This document shows positions 35,428 to 45,534 of a DNA stretch of 64,000 nucleotides, one piece after another; within the stretch, counting starts at the first letter, position 1; each line of letters starts with the position of its first letter. The stretch is from a virus (Duplodnaviria > Caudoviricetes): IMG/VR virus record IMGVR_UViG_3300037076_000045, positions 859 to 64,858 of that record, one strand, 5' to 3'. A program made the translations under genes and the position numbers. Below the pieces are notes generated by a model that ran no database searches, was not told the origin of the DNA, and saw only the letters and a program-made list of their open reading frames with translations.

Positions 35428-36208
35428 TTGCTTTCGTCACCTTTACAATCTGCAAACTACCGTCTTCCTTTACTTCTACCACATGGCGTAGGGCAGTGTC
35501 AACACACCAGTTGAGGCTGTCGTGCGCCTTCTTCACTCGTACATCTTCCCGGAAGGAATGCCCAACCAGTTGATTCAAACCAGGAATCGGAACGAATTCT
35601 CGATTCCAGTCCAGCCACACGACACCACCGACACATGCGTTTCCGCCCCGGCCCCGGCCACAAGCCAACCATGAGGAAACCATGTTGACGTAGCGAAGTT
35701 TGTACATCGCCTCATCCGCCAGATCTTCAATGGATCGCTTGTCGAGACCCAAAATTGGGTTCAGCATGGATGGGTGAATACCGGCGTGCGAGACCAGCCA
35801 TTCGTTCGATGGCACATTGCCTCGTTCTTCATCGCTGGCAGGGGTTCCGATCCAGTGGATGAGCTTAAAACGCTTCCAATGGTCATTGTCGTTTAGGTGC
35901 TTCTGCACGATCTCCAATTTGTTCTTGTCGAAACCAGGGCAATCGTAAAATGGAAAAGCGTAACCAAGATCGTGGTTGCCCCACAGAAAAACATACTTCG
36001 GGTTTCTGACATTTTCAGCCAGCCATTTCACCATCATATGCGTCTGCCAAGTTAGACCGTTCCAGGTATCCATGAAGTCGCCAAGAAAGACAACCCAATC
36101 GACATCTTTGTAATGATGTAGGATTGACTTTAACTTCACAACCTGCTCATGCACATCCGGGACGATCAAACCAACAGTTCTTAGTTTCGGCTTCGACAAT
36201 TTGGGCAT
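35417..36208 (-). CDS. Calcineurin-like metallophosphoesterase
   Basis: PDVH, LGDFMD, GNHD, SHAG and GHS. Confidence 0.92.
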   Translation of the reverse strand: MPKLSKPKLRTVGLIVPDVHEQVVKLKSILHHYKDVDWVVFLGDFMDTWNGLTWQTHMMVKWLAENVRNPKYVFLWGNHDLGYAFPFYDCPGFDKNKLEIVQKHLNDNDHWKRFKLIHWIGTPASDEERGNVPSNEWLVSHAGIHPSMLNPILGLDKRSIEDLADEAMYKLRYVNMVSSWLACGRGRGGNACVGGVVWLDWNREFVPIPGLNQLVGHSFREDVRVKKAHDSLNWCVDTALRHVVEVKEDGSLQIVKVTKANGD

Positions 36209-36523
36209 TTTACTTTCAAAACGTTGTATACCATGTCACACCGGCTGCAACGCCGATGCCAGACTGGTGGATGCGGACGCTCTACAACCTCCCCATCTCC
36301 CTCATCAAGCGGTTCAACTTCTGTTTTTTCGATACTGCTGATCTCCACAGGGCGTCTCTTTCGCATTCGAGCCTCTTTAATGCTGGTGTCACCTGATCGT
36401 ACCACGTGTTGTATTCTTTCACTCGGCCAACATCATGACCGTGCCACGCACCTAAACCGTAGCCCACCAGAATGGGCCAGCAAAGCCACACGTAGTCCAG
36501 AATGAACTTCAGTATAGCATGAA

Positions 36524-36552
36524 TTGACAAATATGCAAACATGTGCTATTAT
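36524..36552 (+). promoter_or_regulatory. Sigma70-type promoter
   Basis: TTGACA-17-(TGTGC)TATTAT. Confidence 0.75.
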
Positions 36553-36566
36553 CTATATGGCGTACA

Positions 36567-36791
36567 ATGCTTTATACAAAACTGACCTACCAGGACATTG
36601 CAGACGAACTCAACTACGATTTTCGCACGGTGCTGCACGCAACGGCGACGGATTTTGGTGTCTCGATTGTGCCCATATGTCGTTTGAACATGTACCGCCT
36701 TGCTGCTAACATCGAAGTTAGCCGTGTGATTACGTCCCGGCCAAATTTGACTATCACCAACACCGATAGCGGAATCATCTGCATTCGGTGA
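36567..36791 (+). CDS. Small protein with possible HTH
   Basis: LTYQDIADELNYDFRTV. Confidence 0.5.
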   Translation: MLYTKLTYQDIADELNYDFRTVLHATATDFGVSIVPICRLNMYRLAANIEVSRVITSRPNLTITNTDSGIICIR

Positions 36792-36817
36792 TTCTATATA
36801 TGGGAGAGGACACTCCC

Positions 36818-36991
36818 ATGACAGTCACAGTTGTATTCAAAGCAGATGCCAAGTCACACAAAGGCCAATCGTTCAATGTAACCACCTATGAAGCTCACAA
36901 CACATTCGGATTTTTGGAACTCGGATTAGAAGATGGTAGTGAAATGTACATCAACCTTGCTGATATTTTCACATTCCAAGTAGTGAAGTAG
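36818..36991 (+). CDS. Small beta-rich protein
   Basis: SD GGAG/AGGA upstream. Confidence 0.55.
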   Translation: MTVTVVFKADAKSHKGQSFNVTTYEAHNTFGFLELGLEDGSEMYINLADIFTFQVVK

Positions 36992-36993
36992 GT

Positions 36994-37860
36994 TTACTTC
37001 TTATCGTGTTTCGGGCAGGGGCCGCTGCTCTTGCGCCACAAGCAAGTTCTGTGATGGCAGTATTTTTCAGGATGCTTGTCCTTGCTGGCTCTTACGCTGG
37101 CGGCAACTTGCCCGTGACTTGCTTCGTCAACCGGCGCTGGCGCTTCGGCTGGTTTTTCCGGTTCGGCTCCAGGCATCAATTTTGCAATGCGTGGCTTGAA
37201 GATTTTCTGTTCGCCGTGATTCGTGTCGGCTGTCGGCTGATTATGTTCGTCGGTGCCAAATCCCTTGATCTCGGCCTTGCGATTTTTGAACTTGCCTACT
37301 AACAACGTGTCGCCAGTTTTCAAATCAGGAAGTTTCAGAGTTTCGTCATCTTCACCTTCTTTGACAATTTTGGCTTTTTCACGGGCTGCTTTACGGCGTA
37401 TGTCAGCCTGTTTAGCTTCTTCACCAGAGATTCTAGTGCCGTTAGTGGTTCCTTTTGTTACTCGCATTCGTTCCTGTTGGGCCGCAGTCATCCACTCCAC
37501 GAGCTTTTTGTTTTTCTTCGGATCGGCTAGAACCTTCTTCAAATTCTCAACCATCTTCGTCTTCGGATAGACCATCTCCACGACCAGCTTTCCAGCCTTT
37601 TGGTTGTAGTGCTCTGCGGCCATCGTCACTAACGTGCTCAGTGATTCCATACGCTTTGGATCTACCAGGGCAGTATTCTCATTCAGACGAGCTTTGAGCA
37701 TCGTCACCGTGACATTGCCCTTTCCGTAGGTCTGTTCTTGTTCGTTGATAGTCTTGGCGATGTGTTCTAGCATCGTCCCGATTCTAGCACCAGAGACGGA
37801 TTGCGTCACAATGCGTTTGCCGTTCACATTCAAGTCGTATAGAAATCCGAAGTCGCTCAT
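36994..37860 (-). CDS. Late modular protein, putative internal head protein
   Basis: CTAAATA upstream; modules separated by L/V-x-E; SH3-like GDTLLVGKFKN module; C-terminal CCCH finger. Confidence 0.7.
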   Translation of the reverse strand: MSDFGFLYDLNVNGKRIVTQSVSGARIGTMLEHIAKTINEQEQTYGKGNVTVTMLKARLNENTALVDPKRMESLSTLVTMAAEHYNQKAGKLVVEMVYPKTKMVENLKKVLADPKKNKKLVEWMTAAQQERMRVTKGTTNGTRISGEEAKQADIRRKAAREKAKIVKEGEDDETLKLPDLKTGDTLLVGKFKNRKAEIKGFGTDEHNQPTADTNHGEQKIFKPRIAKLMPGAEPEKPAEAPAPVDEASHGQVAASVRASKDKHPEKYCHHRTCLWRKSSGPCPKHDKK

Positions 37861-37871
37861 GAGTTTAGCCC

Positions 37872-38603
37872 TTAGCTGTATTTAGCTCGTTCTGCACCAC
37901 GCAATCTACAAGTTATTGGTTCAATTCCTTTAGCTTTCAGTGTTTCTGATATTTTGGCTCGTTGTTCAGGTGACTTAGATACACCTTTGGGACCGCCGAC
38001 TCCGGTTTGAAGACCTTTGTTCCAGGGTTCAGTTCCCATTTTGGCTTCGGACATGTGTTGGCAATGTTCCTCTGTGCGTGGTGGTTTTGAAACGCCAGTT
38101 AGAGTTGCACTTATCTTGGCACGAGTTTCTTCAGTTACCACACGCCCACGAAATGAATCTGACATGCGGCGTCTAGTTTCTTCTGAGACAACATCGGGTC
38201 GCACGAAAAATTTATTGAGGATATTTCGATTGTAGAACGCTGGTCGCCCATCAAGCATCTTAGCTTTAAGCACATCGTTTTTGATTTGATGCTCCATCTC
38301 ACCGAAAGTCAATTCACCTTTAGTGGAATAGATAGTAACAATTTCACGAGAGAATGCGGATTCCCCAAGACATTGAAAATCTTCTTTTAACTCTCCACAA
38401 GAACTCCAATATTTCTTCCAATCCGATTCTTTCTTGTAATGAACTCTGTTTTTCCTGCCTTCCACTTTCTTGGTTAGGAGTGACCAGAATTGCTTCTTAC
38501 CGATGTACTTTTGTCCGGTATGTGTGTTTGTGATGAGATAAACGAAACCAAAGGCATCTTCCGGCGCAGTAGTGAATGGTTGCTCATTGTAAATCCAGTC
38601 CAT
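37872..38603 (-). CDS. GIY-YIG (Seg-like) endonuclease with NUMOD3 repeats
   Basis: GFVYLITN...KYIGKK; ESDWKKY; S.E.R..MS repeats. Confidence 0.9.
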   Translation of the reverse strand: MDWIYNEQPFTTAPEDAFGFVYLITNTHTGQKYIGKKQFWSLLTKKVEGRKNRVHYKKESDWKKYWSSCGELKEDFQCLGESAFSREIVTIYSTKGELTFGEMEHQIKNDVLKAKMLDGRPAFYNRNILNKFFVRPDVVSEETRRRMSDSFRGRVVTEETRAKISATLTGVSKPPRTEEHCQHMSEAKMGTEPWNKGLQTGVGGPKGVSKSPEQRAKISETLKAKGIEPITCRLRGAERAKYS

Positions 38604-38638
38604 GCACCTATATAGATGAGACTCTTGTTAGAAGATGC

Positions 38639-38833
38639 CTAAAATTCTATTTCTCTTTCTTCGTCGCTGTAATCCAAATCTCCGTCGTCCTCTTCATCTT
38701 CTACTTCATCTTCCTCTTCAAAGGTCTCCCCACAAAAAGCACAAAACTGCGGAGCAAGTAGATCCTCCGAAAATTTGATGTGGTAAGCCGCTCCACAGTA
38801 ATCGCACCCAACGTTTTTTCTCACATCAGACAT
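38639..38833 (-). CDS. Small zinc-ribbon protein with acidic tail
   Basis: CDYCGA...FCAFCGE. Confidence 0.7.
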   Translation of the reverse strand: MSDVRKNVGCDYCGAAYHIKFSEDLLAPQFCAFCGETFEEEDEVEDEEDDGDLDYSDEEREIEF

Positions 38834-38887
38834 GGCTGGTATGTTCTCCTGCTGGTAATTTATTCAGATGTGATTTTTGAAACACAA

Positions 38888-38918
38888 ATGGTCAGGCGAT
38901 GATAAGTCACCTGACCAT
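38888..38918 (-). terminator. Hairpin after nrdJ
   Basis: ATGGTCAGG...CCTGACCAT with a weak U-tract. Confidence 0.6.
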
Positions 38919-38938
38919 TATGGGGGATTTATTGCTAT

Positions 38939-41227
38939 TTACTTTCTACCGGAGTTGAAGTCCACCGGGCAAGCGCCGTTGTCGCATCCTACGTGCTCCC
39001 GGCCTATCTCTTCAGCCAAGGCAACCCGTTCGATTTTCTTTACGATTTCGGCGTAAGTTTCAAAATCGACCGACTCTTCCGGCTGATATTCGTAACTTGC
39101 CGTATCTTCCTGTGGCATGACAGCGCAGCAACGAACCTGCGATTGATACTTCAGAATCATTTTCTTGAAGTGATCGAAATCAACCAAGCTAGGCTTATAT
39201 TTGAGAGTGTAACTGATTTGATTGCCATTCTCTTCTTCTACTGGTTTGCCTTCCGGGGTGACACCGTGAATCCAGTATTTCTCGCCAAGCATGAGCCATT
39301 TGAATTGCTCTTCTGGTGTGGCGTTGGCCGCTGTGACCAACTTGTCGCCCATACCAAGCGTCGTAATCGTCGGCTCCGTGGGGAAGCCTACAATCGTCGT
39401 GCCTGTGTAATGAACGAGCTTCCGTACTGGATATCCAGCTTTCTTGTAGTCCTGGACAAGCGGATCGTCGTGACGGAACTGGACCCATCGCAGGAAATAC
39501 TCCATTGTGGGCAGATGCCAGCCTTCAGTCAGCAGAAACAGCTTAGAGGTAGTTCCGGCTGGCTTGATGGTGGTTTCGGTGTGCGGCGGCTTTACGCCCA
39601 ATTCTTTGGCATATGTAATTGCCTCTTCATGGACGATGTTATTGAACTTCGCCATCTGCATCCAGAACGGCTTTGACTTCTCTTCATCAATCAAGTCCCT
39701 AAAGCCGAAGCCAAAGAACTTATAAGCAAATTCGTGGACGCCGGTCATACCAACACCGATACGATTTGTGCGTTGGACTTCTTTGCTGTAGATCGAATCC
39801 ATGAGGTTCACACGCATAAGCGCACGAGTCACTACACGAAAGCACTCTTCAGCTTCTTCCAAGTCGTTACAATGAAACGGAACTACATCAGCGATGACAC
39901 AGAAGCCACCAAGCACATTCAAAGCGATCTCACCGCATGGATTAGTAATCGTATGAAACTTCTTCTTCTTAGCACGCTTCGCCAACCGAGACATCAAGAT
40001 TTGAGTGTCATCGTTGATCTGATACTTCTTCGACCCAACATAGTCGCCACGATTCAAATCAAGCCAGCCATCATCTTTCTGGACGAGTTTGTGAGAGTTA
40101 ATGAAGCCGGGTTCGCCAGTTCCATCTGCATAAGCCGCCGTGCAGACCATCTTGAAAACTTTCTTGGCGTGTTTGGCACGGGGAGACTTATCACGTGGAT
40201 TGCGAACGAGTGCCCAAAATTCATCGTCAACCGTCACTGAATTGTTGGATGACCACAGGAATGCGTTCGGCTTGTTTCCTTTGGCATTTTCTGTGGTGCG
40301 AAATTCGATGATTTCCGGCGCATTTTTGCCGTGAAATTCTAGCGGGCGCTTAATCGTGATGAAATCGAAGATGGTCGGGTCTGACCAGTGCTTTGTAGAC
40401 ATCCGTGCTGCCCTTCTAGCGCCGCCTACAAGCACGCATTCGGCAAAGTAGTGGTCTAGGTAGATCGCCTGTCTCCAGGGCGCTAGACCGGCTCCCTTGA
40501 GCTTTGCGGCCTTCTCAAACGCATCCATGAGAGCGACTGGACCCGAAGCTGGCCGATTCTGCATTCCTTTGATGGGAAGCCCTTTGGCACGTACTTTCGA
40601 GAAGTCGAGAATCAGCATCTTACCGGAGTGAATTTTCTCCCATGCCGCATTCTCCCAAATCTCAAGAGCTTTGGCCCAACCTTCTCGGCTGTCAGGCACT
40701 TCATACCACATTACGTTCGGACCTTCTTTACCGTACTTGTGAATAGCATCACGAACGGATTCATGTGCGCTGTAGTTGAAGTCCGGGTGATTGGAATCAA
40801 GTACACAGCGAAGGCTCGGGACATAATCCCAGTTGATTAGGATCATGTCGTCGTCATAGCAACGGCCCACGCCGCTACCGTTAAGTAAAAGATAGAAAAG
40901 CAAAAAAGAGGTACTGCTAGTAGCACAGTTGGTAAAGACTTCCATATTTCTGGTAGGCTGGAGATCGTCTCCATGTTGTAAATGTCTGCCAGACATAAGC
41001 GTGTTGCCGTTGGCGATATGCTTACGAAGTAAATGGTATTCTGATTCCGATGAGTGAATTGGTCCGTCGAAAAGATTTGCATTCCCACGTGCTACACGAT
41101 TGGCTACATCTCCCCAATCTTCATAATCTCCGTTCTCTTTTTTCCTCAAGATAGTTCTTTCTGCAACTGCTTGTCCCATACCCGGCGAAATAGGTCTGAA
41201 TGTCAATTGTGGTTTCGTTTGTGTCAT
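38939..41227 (-). CDS. nrdJ: Class II (B12-dependent) ribonucleotide reductase
   Basis: SGRHL, FTNC, V.DSREGW, RPASGP, GGARRAA, TNPCGEI, TIKPAGT and C-terminal CxxxxC. Confidence 0.93.
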   Translation of the reverse strand: MTQTKPQLTFRPISPGMGQAVAERTILRKKENGDYEDWGDVANRVARGNANLFDGPIHSSESEYHLLRKHIANGNTLMSGRHLQHGDDLQPTRNMEVFTNCATSSTSFLLFYLLLNGSGVGRCYDDDMILINWDYVPSLRCVLDSNHPDFNYSAHESVRDAIHKYGKEGPNVMWYEVPDSREGWAKALEIWENAAWEKIHSGKMLILDFSKVRAKGLPIKGMQNRPASGPVALMDAFEKAAKLKGAGLAPWRQAIYLDHYFAECVLVGGARRAARMSTKHWSDPTIFDFITIKRPLEFHGKNAPEIIEFRTTENAKGNKPNAFLWSSNNSVTVDDEFWALVRNPRDKSPRAKHAKKVFKMVCTAAYADGTGEPGFINSHKLVQKDDGWLDLNRGDYVGSKKYQINDDTQILMSRLAKRAKKKKFHTITNPCGEIALNVLGGFCVIADVVPFHCNDLEEAEECFRVVTRALMRVNLMDSIYSKEVQRTNRIGVGMTGVHEFAYKFFGFGFRDLIDEEKSKPFWMQMAKFNNIVHEEAITYAKELGVKPPHTETTIKPAGTTSKLFLLTEGWHLPTMEYFLRWVQFRHDDPLVQDYKKAGYPVRKLVHYTGTTIVGFPTEPTITTLGMGDKLVTAANATPEEQFKWLMLGEKYWIHGVTPEGKPVEEENGNQISYTLKYKPSLVDFDHFKKMILKYQSQVRCCAVMPQEDTASYEYQPEESVDFETYAEIVKKIERVALAEEIGREHVGCDNGACPVDFNSGRK

Positions 41228-41229
41228 TT

Positions 41230-41664
41230 TTATTTTTCTTCCAGATAACTAATTGCATTCCGTAGCACATCTATGCTCTCATGGAAGAGACCCAATGCAC
41301 GATTACAGGAGCCACACAACAAACCTCTCACCAGTCCAGTTCGATGACTATGATCGACATGCGGAATCAATAGCGGCTTCATGCAGATTGGACAAGTATT
41401 ATTTTGGTTCTGTATTAAACGATCAAAATCTTCCTTGGTCAAATCATACTTTCGAGAAAGATCATATCGCTTCTGATTATCACGGAATTTTACTGTTTGC
41501 TTATGCTTGCGGACGGAGGATTTTTGTCGGTCTGTTGAATTTCGTAGCCGACTGTCTTTGAGTTTGCATCCTACACATTGATTATTACTTACATACCGAT
41601 ACGAAGAATCGCATCGAACACAAGTATCGCTAACATACTTCGACCCTCTAATAGACACAAGCAT
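41230..41664 (-). CDS. Endonuclease VII-like homing endonuclease
   Basis: Q...CPIC....HVDHSH.TG.VRGLLC..CN..LG. Confidence 0.88.
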   Translation of the reverse strand: MLVSIRGSKYVSDTCVRCDSSYRYVSNNQCVGCKLKDSRLRNSTDRQKSSVRKHKQTVKFRDNQKRYDLSRKYDLTKEDFDRLIQNQNNTCPICMKPLLIPHVDHSHRTGLVRGLLCGSCNRALGLFHESIDVLRNAISYLEEK

Positions 41665-41719
41665 TCTCCATAAAATGAAATGGTGAGCGTCAAATTTGGC
41701 GCTCACGAGGCTTTGGTAT

Positions 41720-42643
41720 TTAGGTCTTGTTGAGCTTCCAGGAATGCAACGCTTTTGGACTAAAGAAATCAACAAATTCGCTGTATTCTCTCTTGCTCAT
41801 GCCGTAGTTCGCCGGGTCAGATACAAACTCACCATCCAACATATCTTTGATCGCAAGGATATCCATTCGAGACAACGTGCGTGCATACAGCACATAGTCT
41901 TCAAAGGCTTCCATTGAGAGCGGAAAATATGGCTTGGCGAAGTCGTACATTGCCTGTGCGAAGTCCCGAATTTCACGTTGAGCGTGTGCATCCAGGCGCA
42001 GACGGCAGAAGTGGAAAAAATTGTGGAGATCAATTTTCCAATAGCATTCTGTGTAGTTGGCGACCGGCAGAACCATGCGGGACAGTTCCTTCGCCATACC
42101 AGGGAAATCTTCACTGAAGATCTCACTACGAGTCATTGTCGAAACTGTCACTTCTTCGTTCAACATTTCCTGATAGTTGGCGTAAGAAGTGTCGTAGCAT
42201 TCTTCAAGAAGGTCTTTGATTACCTTCTTGTCTTCGTCGTTGATTGTACCGGCACGTCCCTGCTTGTTAGTTGTGGACTGCGCTTCCATGTAATCAAAAT
42301 CGGGTAGGTAAAACTCATCCGACATTTCTGAATAACGCCCGGAGTATTCGTTTACATTGGCGGTGCGGTGGCGTATCAGTTGCCGCATTACGAATATCGG
42401 CAATTTGAGATGGAACTTCACTTCCGCCATCTCGAACGGGCTGGTGTGCTTCTGGCGCATCATGTACCGTAGGAGGTTGCGGGTTTCGCTAGTAGTTCGA
42501 TTTTCGCCATTGCCACCATACGAGACACGGGCGGCTTGGGCAATCTCTTCGTCACTGCCCATCGTGTCGATCAGGCCAACAAAGCCGTGGTTGTGAATGG
42601 GTTTGTAATTTGGGTCGTTGAGGATCAGTTCTTGTTTTGTCAT
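41720..42643 (-). CDS. thyX: FAD-dependent thymidylate synthase
   Basis: AARVSY, HTSPFE, RHRTANVNEYSGRY and HAQ.EIR. Confidence 0.97.
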   Translation of the reverse strand: MTKQELILNDPNYKPIHNHGFVGLIDTMGSDEEIAQAARVSYGGNGENRTTSETRNLLRYMMRQKHTSPFEMAEVKFHLKLPIFVMRQLIRHRTANVNEYSGRYSEMSDEFYLPDFDYMEAQSTTNKQGRAGTINDEDKKVIKDLLEECYDTSYANYQEMLNEEVTVSTMTRSEIFSEDFPGMAKELSRMVLPVANYTECYWKIDLHNFFHFCRLRLDAHAQREIRDFAQAMYDFAKPYFPLSMEAFEDYVLYARTLSRMDILAIKDMLDGEFVSDPANYGMSKREYSEFVDFFSPKALHSWKLNKT

Positions 42644-42660
42644 TTCCTTTCTATGTAGAA

Positions 42661-42692
42661 ATGGGGAGTCCCACGGGAATGAGACTCCCCAT
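42661..42692 (-). terminator. GC-rich hairpin upstream of thyX
   Basis: ATGGGGAGTC...GACTCCCCAT with a short U-tract. Confidence 0.55.
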
Positions 42693-42720
42693 CGCCTTGC
42701 AAATTTTGGTTACGAGCGAG

Positions 42721-43101
42721 TTACGCCAACTGTGCTTCACGCTGACGGCGGCGCAGGGCCTTTGCTGCTTCCCGGTTGTAGACCAATTGAAGATTGGTGC
42801 TGCGGTTGTCGAACTTATTGCCGTTCTTATGGCGAACTGAGACGCCACGACGAAGAGCTTCGGGTCCGTAAGATACGAATGCCACTACCTTATTAAGTCT
42901 GGCATTGTACTTTTTGCCCTCCAAGTGTACAGTTACACGAGGTTCGTAGGTTGTTCCGCCGATTTCTTGGCCGTCACGATTGTAAATGCGGCCTGTCCGG
43001 GGATTGATGCGGCAATTTTTTACTACCTTTTGCACCGCACGGAAATGAGTACTCCGTGGGCGTCCATTCATGTACGTTGTTTGTGACGTGATTTGCTTCA
43101 T
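42721..43101 (-). CDS. HNH_3-like protein
   Basis: VRHKNGNKFDNRSTNL. Confidence 0.7.
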   Translation of the reverse strand: MKQITSQTTYMNGRPRSTHFRAVQKVVKNCRINPRTGRIYNRDGQEIGGTTYEPRVTVHLEGKKYNARLNKVVAFVSYGPEALRRGVSVRHKNGNKFDNRSTNLQLVYNREAAKALRRRQREAQLA

Positions 43102-43331
43102 ATGAACTTCTTATCTTCAATGTTGCGGTATGGAGTACGACTTACATAAACGTCTACCTTAGCCATTGCTTCCTCTTCGGTATCAGCACGAGTATACAAA
43201 GTTTTATATGATGGTTGACCATCGGGTAGAACCGTCAGGACTAACCTTTCAGGATCGAAATCCTTTTGCTCTTGGAGAGCCTGTAGTTCGGCTTCAGACG
43301 AGTAGGCGATGCGGAAAGAGTAGACGTTCAT
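43098..43331 (-). CDS. Hypothetical protein
   Basis: Coupled ORF. Confidence 0.55.
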   Translation of the reverse strand: MNVYSFRIAYSSEAELQALQEQKDFDPERLVLTVLPDGQPSYKTLYTRADTEEEAMAKVDVYVSRTPYRNIEDKKFI

Positions 43332-43358
43332 GTGTTGAGTCGTTCACAACTTCTATTA

Positions 43359-43637
43359 CTAGACTACCACCGAATTTGAATCTGTCAAGCGCTCCCACGC
43401 AGTCACCTGTGCTATAATCTCTGCGGGCAGCACGACGGTACGCTTCTTCTTGCACAGATTCAATTCTTCCTGAAGAGCATCGACCATAGCGTCAATTTCA
43501 TCACGCCGGTCCTCGAAGACCTCTTTCAAAATTTCCATCTCCAAGGATGAAAGATCAGCGAAAGAGACACCTAAAAGTTCGGGAGTATCCATTTCGTAAA
43601 AATGGATGTACAATGCTTCTTCGTCAAGTGGCATCAT
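43359..43637 (-). CDS. Hypothetical acidic protein
   Basis: Coupled ORF. Confidence 0.55.
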   Translation of the reverse strand: MMPLDEEALYIHFYEMDTPELLGVSFADLSSLEMEILKEVFEDRRDEIDAMVDALQEELNLCKKKRTVVLPAEIIAQVTAWERLTDSNSVVV

Positions 43638-44242
43638 TAGGCACCTACTTCAAGTTCAAGTTCACCGGCGCAGGCTTGCAGAAGATGCACGAGCATAGTT
43701 CCTTGCTCACGGGCATCATCCAAAGCGTTGTGGGTGATTTCAAAACCTTCGCTCCATTCCTTTGGAACCAAGGATCGCTCGGCTTCAGAATACGGCACTG
43801 CGAAGAGCGCCGAAATGAAGGTGCGGATGTCCAGCGCTCGGTTGCGCTTGAACAGATCGTTGACGGCATCTTCCGCAATAAACTTGTAGAGATACCAGAA
43901 CAAGAATGCAGCATCAAAAGCTGATGGGTTTGCAGCCAGGATGCGTGGTTGCGGCAGTGCGATGCACCAGTCATAAAACTCTCTCATGACTTGCGCCGGG
44001 TCACGACGTTCCTTACGAATGCGTTTCCATTCGTCAAGATTTTTCATCCAGAATGCCATCGTGCCTTCACTGCGCTCGGCACCATCCCATTCATTTAATG
44101 CGGCGTAAAAATGGCCGATTTCTTTTCCATCCCTGTAGGCGACTGCCCCTAGAGCAATCATGGAGTGGATTCCTGCGGTGAGACCTGTAGTCTCAATGTC
44201 AAAACTAACTATTGTATCCTTGCTGAGTAGACGATGCGACAT
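43637..44242 (-). CDS. DEDDh 3'-5' exonuclease (paralog of 27695..28378)
   Basis: SFDIETTG, FDAAF and THNALDDA. Confidence 0.88.
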   Translation of the reverse strand: MSHRLLSKDTIVSFDIETTGLTAGIHSMIALGAVAYRDGKEIGHFYAALNEWDGAERSEGTMAFWMKNLDEWKRIRKERRDPAQVMREFYDWCIALPQPRILAANPSAFDAAFLFWYLYKFIAEDAVNDLFKRNRALDIRTFISALFAVPYSEAERSLVPKEWSEGFEITHNALDDAREQGTMLVHLLQACAGELELEVGA

Positions 44243-45317
44243 TTCCTTTCCCGACAAACCCTTTCGGATTTGCCCAATGTTGTAGTTGAATTTTTGCCTG
44301 CAAACCGCTATAGAGATTCATGTCAATGATGTCACGAATTTTCTCTGACTTGTACCCAGCTAATATCATCAAATTGATATCCTTCTCTTTGATGTTATCG
44401 GGCCAAATACAGACAGTGTAGCCGTTTTCAATGGCCTTAGCGATCTTTTTAACTGTGTCTGTTTTGTGTCTCTCGTTGTCGTAAACCACTACTGTTCGAT
44501 CATGCGGAAACCCGGTTGGAATATCACTTCCTGCCATCGCCACACAATTGGGCAAAAACAGGCTGTCGAACGGACCTTCTACGATGTAGATTCGCTTTGA
44601 TATCTTGTCGAGCTTATTCATGCCAAAAACCCGTGGGGCGTCTTTATCGGCCTTTATGGTGATGTAGCGGACTGCGCCGGGGTAATCCATCCATTTATCC
44701 TTTCTGGCGTCGTAGCGAGGCTGTGAACGCCCCTGGAGGGCAATCAGTTGATGGTTGGCATCGTAGAATGGGATAATGATCCGGCCTTCTTCGATTAGGG
44801 CGTATTGATGGGTAGGCAAAAACTTGTCCACAACTGCCGGAAAGCTGTCAGCCCAATAAAGTTCGTCCAAATGTGGGAGTTTGCGCCAGTCCAAGTACGC
44901 ACGGGCGGGGTGATCCGGTCCAAGTGAAGATATTGCAGGACAACCAATCAGCGCCGTAGCCTTTGCTGGCTTGTAGTCTTTCTTTTGCTTGAATGGTGAC
45001 GGTTTCTTTTCTTCCGGTTCTTTCGGCGGTGCTTGCTGGCCCTTTTCCAAATACGTATCGAAGATGTACTCTTTGTAAATGCCGTCGTCCAGGTGCTTAA
45101 TCAGTTCCCCTAACGCCATCGTCTCGCCGCAATTGTGACACTTGAATCTTAGGGAGTCACGATATCGGTAGACGTAACCTCTGGCTCGGATTTTCTTTTT
45201 TCGAGAGTCACCGCAGACAGGACAAGAGAAATTCCAGAGGTAGTCCTGCTTCTTCCTGAAGTTCCGCAGAAGATGCCCGATGCTGTTGAGGAATTTTTCG
45301 TCAATGTAGAGAGACAT
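44205..45317 (-). CDS. gp61: DNA primase gp61
   Basis: CPVCGDS..K...RGY, CHNCG, RIIIPF, VEGPFDSLF and KDIN. Confidence 0.96.
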   Translation of the reverse strand: MSLYIDEKFLNSIGHLLRNFRKKQDYLWNFSCPVCGDSRKKKIRARGYVYRYRDSLRFKCHNCGETMALGELIKHLDDGIYKEYIFDTYLEKGQQAPPKEPEEKKPSPFKQKKDYKPAKATALIGCPAISSLGPDHPARAYLDWRKLPHLDELYWADSFPAVVDKFLPTHQYALIEEGRIIIPFYDANHQLIALQGRSQPRYDARKDKWMDYPGAVRYITIKADKDAPRVFGMNKLDKISKRIYIVEGPFDSLFLPNCVAMAGSDIPTGFPHDRTVVVYDNERHKTDTVKKIAKAIENGYTVCIWPDNIKEKDINLMILAGYKSEKIRDIIDMNLYSGLQAKIQLQHWANPKGFVGKGNVASSTQQGYNS

Positions 45318-45526
45318 TTGGTCTCTTCTATTACACCACGTAATGCGGATCTGTCAAGTTCTTCAAAACCCCAACAGTCGCAATCCTCATGGGTGCATGG
45401 GTCGCCAAAACATCCCCACCCGCCATCCGGCCTATGTTCATTGCTCTGATGGCCGCACCTACATGGGAATTTTGGATCTTCTGATTTCTTCAGCGCCGCT
45501 CGAAACGATTCAACTGTGAATGCCAT
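45149..45526 (-). CDS. Cys/His-rich small protein overlapping primase
   Basis: CRCGH....H...C....C....C.C..F; TAGATA 5 nt upstream. Confidence 0.5.
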   Translation of the reverse strand: MAFTVESFRAALKKSEDPKFPCRCGHQSNEHRPDGGWGCFGDPCTHEDCDCWGFEELDRSALRGVIEETKCLSTLTKNSSTASGIFCGTSGRSRTTSGISLVLSAVTLEKRKSEPEVTSTDIVTP

Positions 45527-45534
45527 AGATGTAT

